This document shows positions 56,814-64,000 of a stretch of DNA of 64,000 bases, one piece after another (within the stretch, counting starts at the first letter, position 1; each line of letters opens with the position of its first letter). Origin of the DNA: Eledone cirrhosa (lineage: Eukaryota). A program made the translations under genes and the position numbers. Location of the stretch: contig OZ024740.1 in the NCBI GenBank assembly GCA_964016885.1, positions 165,106,001 through 165,170,000 of the forward strand, given 5' to 3'. The notes beneath the pieces were generated by a model, which did no database searches, was not told the DNA's origin, and saw only the letters and a program-made list of their open reading frames with translations.

Positions 56814-59325
56814 TCAGGCGATACGAGAACAGAGTCAGTCAGTATAAACAGAACCGCATGTTCGACAACAACCAGAAGATGCTGTTTGGACAGCTTGAGG
56901 GGGAAGAAAGAGGCAACGACTTGATCCCTGGGGCGGAGCAAACTAAAACATTCTGGAGAGGAATATGGGAGCAGGATGTTAGACATAATGTCCAGGCAGG
57001 GTGGATTGAGACAGTACAGAGGGAGATCGGTGAGCAGGCACAACAACAAACTGATTTGAGTATCACAGTTGAAACTCTTAAGAGGCAGGCCAAAAGACTA
57101 ACCAACTGGAGATCACCAGGCCCAGATGGTGTGCAGGGGTATTGGATTAAACATTTAACATCCCTCCACCCGAAGCTGACGGCCATGTTCAATGACTGCT
57201 TGGTGTCGGGTGAGGTGCCAGAGTGGTTGACAAAAGGTACCACAGTTCTGATAATGAAAGACCGAATCAAGGGTAATGATGTTACCAACTATAGACCTAT
57301 CACATGTCTGTCCGTAATGTGGAAACTGTTGACGAGCATTGTGTCTGAGGAAATCTACCATCACCTCCACACAAACAACTTGTTACCGGACGAACAGAAA
57401 GGATGCCGAAAGAAGTCACGTGGTACAAAGGACCAGTTACTTATTGATAAGATGGTAATGGGGAATTGCAGGAGGAGACACACTGATCTTGCCATGGGAT
57501 GGATAGACTACAGAAACGCATTTGACATGGTGCCTCATTCTTGGATCACCAAAAGCCTGGAGATCTTCAGGGTGGCAGATAACATCAGACAGTTGCTAGG
57601 CAGGAGTATGGGGTCCTGGGAGACAGAGTTGACATCAACTGGAGTATCCTTGGGAAGCGTGAAGATCAAGAGAGGTATCTTCCAGGGAGATAGCCTGTCC
57701 CCTCTGTTGTTTGTCCTTGCCCTGATGCCCTTGACCATTATGCTGCGAAAAGTGAGAGCAGGATACAAGTTGGGAAGGGGAGAGCTTACCATCAATCACC
57801 TCCTCTTCATGGACGATCTTAAGCTCTTCGGGAAAAGTGAGAAGGAGTTGGATGTGCTTGTTGACACTGTCCGTATTTTCAGCAGTGATATATGTATGCA
57901 GTTTGGTATTGGTAAATGTGGAGTCATTGTGATGAGGAGGGGTAGGTTGAGCAGAAGTAACGGGATCCAGATACCAACAGGTGAGATGATAAACGAAATT
58001 GACTCTGAGGAAGGATACAAGTATTTGGGCGTTCTGGAGGCTGATGGCATAAAGAACAAAAAAATGAAGGAATTGTTAAGAACTGAATACATTCGGAGAG
58101 TAAGGAGCGTATTGAAATCACATCTGAACAGCAGAAATGCCATAAGCGCAGTAAATTCCCGAGCTGTGTCTATTATTAGGTACAGTGCGGGAATTCTGAG
58201 ATGGAATGTTGCTGAACAAAAAGAAATGGATAGGAAGACTAGGAAGCTATTGACTATCTACAACATGTTCCACAAGAGGAGTGATGTCGATAGACTCTAC
58301 CTAAGGAGATCTGAGGGTGGAAGAGGTCTTATCAGCATAGAGGACTGTGTTCAGATGGAGAAAAACAACCTATACAAATACGTGACCTATAGTAAGGAGC
58401 CAATGCTCAGAACTGTACTGAAGGAGGGGACTGTAGGCCAGGGGATGTCCAAGGAGGAAATAACATCAAGGAGGAAGAGCAGCTTTAAGGGAAAATCCCT
58501 TCATAGTACCTTCTTTGAGAAAACTGAATTTAGAGATCCACAGACATGGAACTGGTTGAGAAGAGGAGACCTCAAAAAGGCTACAGAAGGAATGCTAATG
58601 GCTGCGCAGGAGCAAGCCCTCAAAACGAAGTGGTTGAAGCACCATATTTACAAGGAGGAGGCTAGCCCACTGTGCAGGATCTGTGGAGAGAGAGAGGAGA
58701 CTGTGGCTCACATTGTGTCCGAGTGTAAACACCTAGCCCAGACCCACTATAAGGGCTGGAGACACGATGTGATGGGCAGGGTGATCCACTGGCACCTGTG
58801 CAAAGTAAACAATTTACCACATTCTGAGAAATGGTATGAGCATAGGCCAGAGGCGGTGATGGAGAACAATCAGGTGAAGGTGCTCTGGGATTTTAGGATA
58901 CAGACGGACAAAAAACTGGAACACAATAGACCTGACCTGGTGGTTGTGGACAAAGAAAAAAGATCGTGTCTGATTGTGGATGTGGCCTGCCCGTTCGACA
59001 CGAGAGTGCAAGAGAAGGAGAGGGAGAAAATTAACCGATACCAGGACCTAAAGTGGGAGGTGAAAAGGATTTGGAACTGCCATGAAGTCAAAGTGATCCC
59101 GATTGTCATGGGCGCACTGGGGACTATCTCCAAAAGTTTCCAGGGATGGTTAAAGAAAATCGGCCCCTTCACGCTTTTTGGAACGCTTCAAAAGGCATGC
59201 TTGCTTGGAACGGCAAGAACCCTCCGATACGTCCTGAATATCTGAGGCTGCAGGTAGTGGCTTGATATTCAATCCAACGGACTTTCCAGTTAACCAACAT
59301 CAATGACTGAGATTCAAGGAATAAC

Positions 59326-59376
<51 letters not shown>
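56810..59376 (+). mobile_element. 5'-truncated Dong/R4-clade (RLE) non-LTR retrotransposon
   Basis: Flanked by (TAA)n on both sides; short 3' UTR; single RT-RLE ORF. Confidence 0.92.
56858..59245 (+). CDS. RT + CCHC + restriction-like endonuclease (N-terminally truncated)
   Basis: 795 aa open; SPGPDG, YRPITCL, AFDMVPH, GIFQGDSLSP, FMDD, GGRGL, CRICGEREETVAHIVSEC, RHD, RPDLVVVD..IVDVACP. Confidence 0.93.
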   Translation: MFDNNQKMLFGQLEGEERGNDLIPGAEQTKTFWRGIWEQDVRHNVQAGWIETVQREIGEQAQQQTDLSITVETLKRQAKRLTNWRSPGPDGVQGYWIKHLTSLHPKLTAMFNDCLVSGEVPEWLTKGTTVLIMKDRIKGNDVTNYRPITCLSVMWKLLTSIVSEEIYHHLHTNNLLPDEQKGCRKKSRGTKDQLLIDKMVMGNCRRRHTDLAMGWIDYRNAFDMVPHSWITKSLEIFRVADNIRQLLGRSMGSWETELTSTGVSLGSVKIKRGIFQGDSLSPLLFVLALMPLTIMLRKVRAGYKLGRGELTINHLLFMDDLKLFGKSEKELDVLVDTVRIFSSDICMQFGIGKCGVIVMRRGRLSRSNGIQIPTGEMINEIDSEEGYKYLGVLEADGIKNKKMKELLRTEYIRRVRSVLKSHLNSRNAISAVNSRAVSIIRYSAGILRWNVAEQKEMDRKTRKLLTIYNMFHKRSDVDRLYLRRSEGGRGLISIEDCVQMEKNNLYKYVTYSKEPMLRTVLKEGTVGQGMSKEEITSRRKSSFKGKSLHSTFFEKTEFRDPQTWNWLRRGDLKKATEGMLMAAQEQALKTKWLKHHIYKEEASPLCRICGEREETVAHIVSECKHLAQTHYKGWRHDVMGRVIHWHLCKVNNLPHSEKWYEHRPEAVMENNQVKVLWDFRIQTDKKLEHNRPDLVVVDKEKRSCLIVDVACPFDTRVQEKEREKINRYQDLKWEVKRIWNCHEVKVIPIVMGALGTISKSFQGWLKKIGPFTLFGTLQKACLLGTARTLRYVLNI

Positions 59377-59379
<3 letters not shown>

Positions 59380-59544
59380 GGAAGAAGACGCACGAGGTGA
59401 CGGAGGTCATGAAATCGCTCCCGTAAGTTTTGAATTTTTAACATATTTAAATCATTTGTGAAATAACAACTCTTAGTACAAATGCTACGTAAAGCACCCG
59501 GCTTGAGCCCCAAAAAAATTCGGACCCAAAATATATTGTTATAA

Positions 59545-60189
59545 GGCTCAAATATTCAAATATTCAACTTTGTATTGTACACTGTATATCCAAAAAAATG
59601 GCTATAAATGGAAGAAGAAGAACCCCCCCCCCCCTCCTCTCCTCTGGCTACACTATATAGGACAGCTAAACTCACCAACACCAGAAACTAGATACACCAC
59701 CCACCCCATCATCTGTGTACACTAAACACAACAGCATTTTCACCTTCACCGCCAACGCTCACTACGGCCATCATTACCACCACTATCCCATCACCGCCGC
59801 CACCACCCCTTGACTCCTTCACTGCTGCTGCCACCGCTACAGCACCATCACTACAGTAATACGGCTCAAATATTCAAATATTCAACTTTGTATTGTACAC
59901 TGTATATCCAAAAAAAAAAAATAAAATGGCTATAAATGGAAGAAGAAGACCCCCCCCCCTCCTCTCCTCTGGCTACACTATATAGGACAGCGAAACTCAC
60001 CAACACCAGAAACTAGATACACCACCCACCCCATCATCTGTGTACACTAAACACAACAGCATTTTCACCTTCACCGCCACCGCTCACTACGGCCATCATT
60101 ACCACCACTATCCCATCACCGCCGCCACCACCCCCTGACTCCTTCACTGCTGCTGCCACCGCTACAGCACCATCACTACAGTAATACGG
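59545..60189. repeat. ~320-bp tandem duplication
   Basis: The ggctcaaatattcaaatattc... unit starts at 59545 and 59863; near identical. Confidence 0.92.
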
Positions 60190-60757
60190 TCGCATCACCG
60201 CCACCACTGCCTCGGTATCGACATCACCACCACCACTGTCTCAGTATCGCCAACGCCGCCAGTCTCTGCTGGCTACCACTTCCACATTATAGAATTCCTA
60301 CTACTAACAAAGAGGAAGGCATCAAAATATATAGATAGACTCAAAAGAAAAAAGAAAAAACAAACAACAAAAGCAGCACAGCAACAACAGTAAAAAACGA
60401 GAAAAACAGAGAAAAACAAAAACAAAAAAAGAAACCCCAAAAACGTAAAGAAAATAAGAATGAAGAGAGAAGCAGGCGGACGGACAGAGAAGAGGGGGGG
60501 AAAAGTAAAACTTAAAAAACAAAAACTAAGTCAGACATTCGAATACTACATTACAATGAAACTTATGCTTATTCATTTTTGGGGCCCTTTCTGCCCGTGT
60601 GTTTGTTTGTTTATGTGTGTCCGTATACAGCGTGGTGATAATGCCACACAAGGGCCAAGTGGGATGGCGGATCCACAGATGGCTATGTAAACATACATTC
60701 GCCAATCCTCGATAAGAGTGTTTAAATATCGAACATAAACAGTTCGAATAACGGTGA

Positions 60758-60962
60758 AATGGAGACTAGAACGTCATGTGACAGACTCTCACCCAACAGG
60801 TGCCCCCTGGCTCAGCAGCAGGAACCTGACTGTCAACCAAATACTGCTGATGTTGGAGGAAGAAGAAGAAGGAAAGGGGCCAGAACCAACTGGACGAAAT
60901 AATTGAATAGAACTGTTATGCAATGCTACCTGAAAAGTAACCCCAAGGAGAGGGGCTACAGA
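60758..60962 (+). pseudogene. N-terminal fragment of a Dong/R4-type ORF
   Basis: WTK*LNRTVMQCYLKSNPKERGYR resembles the conserved N-terminus of Dong-like elements (from recall of the family). Confidence 0.55.
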
Positions 60963-61930
60963 ACACCTTCAGCACAACTTAATATACTACTTTATAGTTA
61001 AAACACTTTAACATTTTAGACATTTTTTAGAAACTGCGCATAACCATATAAGTTAGGGACTATTTTGAGACACAACTTAATAGTTAGTAATAGAAACCAC
61101 TGAGTTACCTCCCCTCATGCATTAACTCCCCTTAGCCACACACACACTTCCGGGTAATACTTCGATGTCGATTCTCGCAACGTAACATCCTCCTGTATTG
61201 AGCTATGAACATCAGACTACGATTCTCTAACTGGATTGTCAAATGCCCAATATCGAATCGTCGTGGATTATGTGAGGGGCATATAATCTGAAAAATACGC
61301 TCCCCAGACTATGAAAATGTCGCAGTGCATGAAATCCTTATCATCGCTTCGCTACGCATTTCCAATATTTTTAATGCTTACATTATTTTTAATACTTATA
61401 TTATTTCTCCGCACACAGGCTATAACAATCATATAAAGAATTCATTACCAGATCAACCCCCTTAACACTCTTGATTTCCTGCTTAAGTGCTTCTATTACA
61501 CGTAACTCTCTGCCACACTATATAAACAAGACGCACGTGCTTGCCACACATATAACCATTGCACTCTATAACCGCTTAATTCCATGTTGTATTTTAACCT
61601 GTATTTTTGATTGTATCTTTTAATATGAATGTAATCTCTAAATGTGTACTGCCACACTAAATGCTGTAATGAATGTTGACCCACATCACTATGATGAACA
61701 TTAAGTTATTAGGTTTTGGCACAATTTTTTTTAATATAAATTTGATTCTGTATTGTTTTGACAGAAGAATACCATCCATGGACAAATATATTTTATTGCT
61801 ACAAAATTAAATCAAGAATTTTCAACCTTTTTAATATAGTATTTTTTAAGTCATTGATTAAAACTTGTATATGTTACGAATAGAATCAATGAAATAAGCC
61901 GTCCTAACACTTCATTTGGTTGAGGCATAT
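60963..61930 (+). mobile_element. Probable PLE 3'-UTR fragment
   Basis: gagttacctcccctcatgcattaactccccttag..acttcc resembles 40070-40125; gcttaagtgctt.tattaca resembles ~40324. Confidence 0.45.
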
Positions 61931-61939
61931 ATATTAATT

Positions 61940-62124
61940 ATCAGTCTGATAAGATGGTTTGATAGCATCCATGAGATTGGCTGGTCTCGCTTGGGGATCC
62001 AGCCGGATCAGTTGGTGACGGTTGCTTCTGACAGGACCCGCTAGAAGGAGTGTTTGAGGGCTCTCCCAGGATTGCCTGGGCGAAGAAGAAGAAGAAGAAG
62101 AAGAAGAAGAAGAAGAAGAAGAAG

Positions 62125-62200
<76 letters not shown>
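61940..62200 (+). mobile_element. 3' end of an RTE-like LINE with (GAA)n(GTC)n tail
   Basis: LIRWFDSIHEIGWSRLGIQPDQLVTVASDRTR*KECL, resembling the RTE C-terminal W.D.I...A.DR..W motif. Confidence 0.6.
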
Positions 62201-62201
<1 letters not shown>

Positions 62202-63326
62202 TGATTAAATCTATCATTAATGATATGAAGTAGACAGTGGCTGCTTTCAAATCTGCTAAAGCGGTAGGAAAAGATTATTCAACTCTTCAAACACTTATCT
62301 CCAAACATAAGTATTCTGGCGGGGAAAAAAATTATTGAAAAACCAAATTATTTGTAAGAAACTTTGCATTAATGAAGACATTTTGGATGCACTTAGATTA
62401 CTATTAGATGAGCTATACGGAAAACAAGAGATTTTCTAAAAATACCTGTTAAATTACTGAAGTGACCAAGTAATATTTAGAAATAAATTTTATTTTACCA
62501 TGCTCAGAAATAAAACTGTTTAACTAACGAAAATTGTTACTTTCAAATGGACAATATCTGACGAAACCGATCTGTATAAATCATTGCTCCGTAGCTATAA
62601 GAAACGTTATTAGGGAATTATTGATAAAAGAAATGCACAATTATTAAAATACCACATTATGAGAGATATTTTGGTTGTGCGAAAAATACACCTAAAATCA
62701 TAGAAACATTAAATGGTTTGGACCCTGCATGAAGGAATAGTGAAAAGTTACATGACCTGGGAAAATGATTTAAATGATTTACGTGACTATGTCTGAAAGA
62801 GCATTTAACTGAAAAAAGATTCCAGCTGCTGAGAGACTACAGCAAGATAAACAAATTATGACGACAATTACAATATGTTCTGCCTAAAAGGACATATGTT
62901 TTCCGTTCATGTATATTATTTGTAGTACAAAAAATTAAATGGTTGAATACATTATGTTTTATGATTAGCAGTATGTTACTGATAAAATTATATTAAAACT
63001 CTGGATCCCGTCATCATATATCAAACCATGAATGAGAAGAACCGATCTGCTTGATATAGAATTCATGGATCACAATCAACAGAATAGTTCATATTTAAAA
63101 TAATAGAATTACTGATATCTATGGGTTTTTTAATAATACATCAATGTTAACGGGTTATTGCTATTTTATTGTCAAATTGGGAATGATGTAATCTGAAATC
63201 ATGCATAAAATTTTGGTAGGTCAACTACTCGGTTGTTAGCATTTTAGTGACTCAGTGAACCGACTTCTGAAATGTTGTAAGTGCTCTAATTTCTTTATGT
63301 GTGTGTGTGTGTGTGTGCGTGTCTGT

Positions 63327-63454
<128 letters not shown>

Positions 63455-64000
63455 TCTGTGTGTGAATCTTGGTGTAACTTGGTATGTCTGCGTGCAAGAA
63501 TGGCGTGCACATGCACGTGCTTTGTGTAAATTTCAACGTAGATTAATTATAAATTAAGTGAATTATAGGGTTTTAAGTCACGCGATTTGATACCACCATC
63601 TTATTTGAATAAAATACTAAAAGCTCATTACTTATTTTCTGTGCAACTGTATTTGTGCTCGTGCAAGGGCGTTTGTATATTTGTATGTATGTGTGTTTGA
63701 ATAGTTGTGTATGCGTCTGCTCTATGATATTAGCAATCGTTGTAGGTGTAAAGTTCAAATTTCCTTATAAGAATAACACTCACTGCACTCACACACATCA
63801 TCTATCTATCCTCCCCCGCCTCTCTCTCTCTCTATAGATATATATGTGTGTGTGTGTATGTGTGTGTTTGTGTGTGTTGGTGTGGGTGCGTGTGTGTTTG
63901 TGAGTGCGCGTGTGTGTGAGTGCGCGTGTGTGTGTATTTGTGTGTGCTGCATTTTGATTTAGTAATTCTAAAGTACACACTTGAGAAAAAACTCGTATTT

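Noticed and set aside
52045-58143. Antisense and overlapping ORFs within the two LINEs
   Set aside because: Shadow ORFs of GC-richer coding DNA with no motifs
59545-60260. Thr/Pro-rich (mucin-like) coding exon
   Set aside because: Low-complexity CAC/CAT repeats within a tandem duplication; no ORF or splice support

Overview
This is AT-rich, microsatellite-dense animal DNA with no confidently identifiable host gene. The (TA)n/(CA)n load and SINE types resemble an octopus/cephalopod genome, which is an inference. Almost all long entries in the ORF track are microsatellite artefacts. The real content is mobile DNA: one nearly complete and several 5'-truncated Naiad-type Penelope-like retroelements (RT + GIY-YIG), a full-length Tc1 IR/DR element, an internally deleted mariner, a near-intact Tx1/L1-clade LINE back-to-back with a Dong/R4 LINE in an (AAT)n tract, RTE fragments and tRNA-derived SINEs. 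Three signals stand out. (1) There are more than 15 type I hammerhead ribozyme motifs in Penelope-derived inserts, many sitting in (TA)n and many folded back as palindromes; they include U3:A8 core variants and versions with stem II over 100 nt. (2) An ACTC...GAGTGCT motif recurs downstream of these ribozymes in otherwise unrelated families. (3) A 53-nt GTAAGT...CAG candidate intron would fuse ORF1 in frame to the ATG-less ORF2 of the Tx1 LINE. All structures were read by eye and need computational confirmation.
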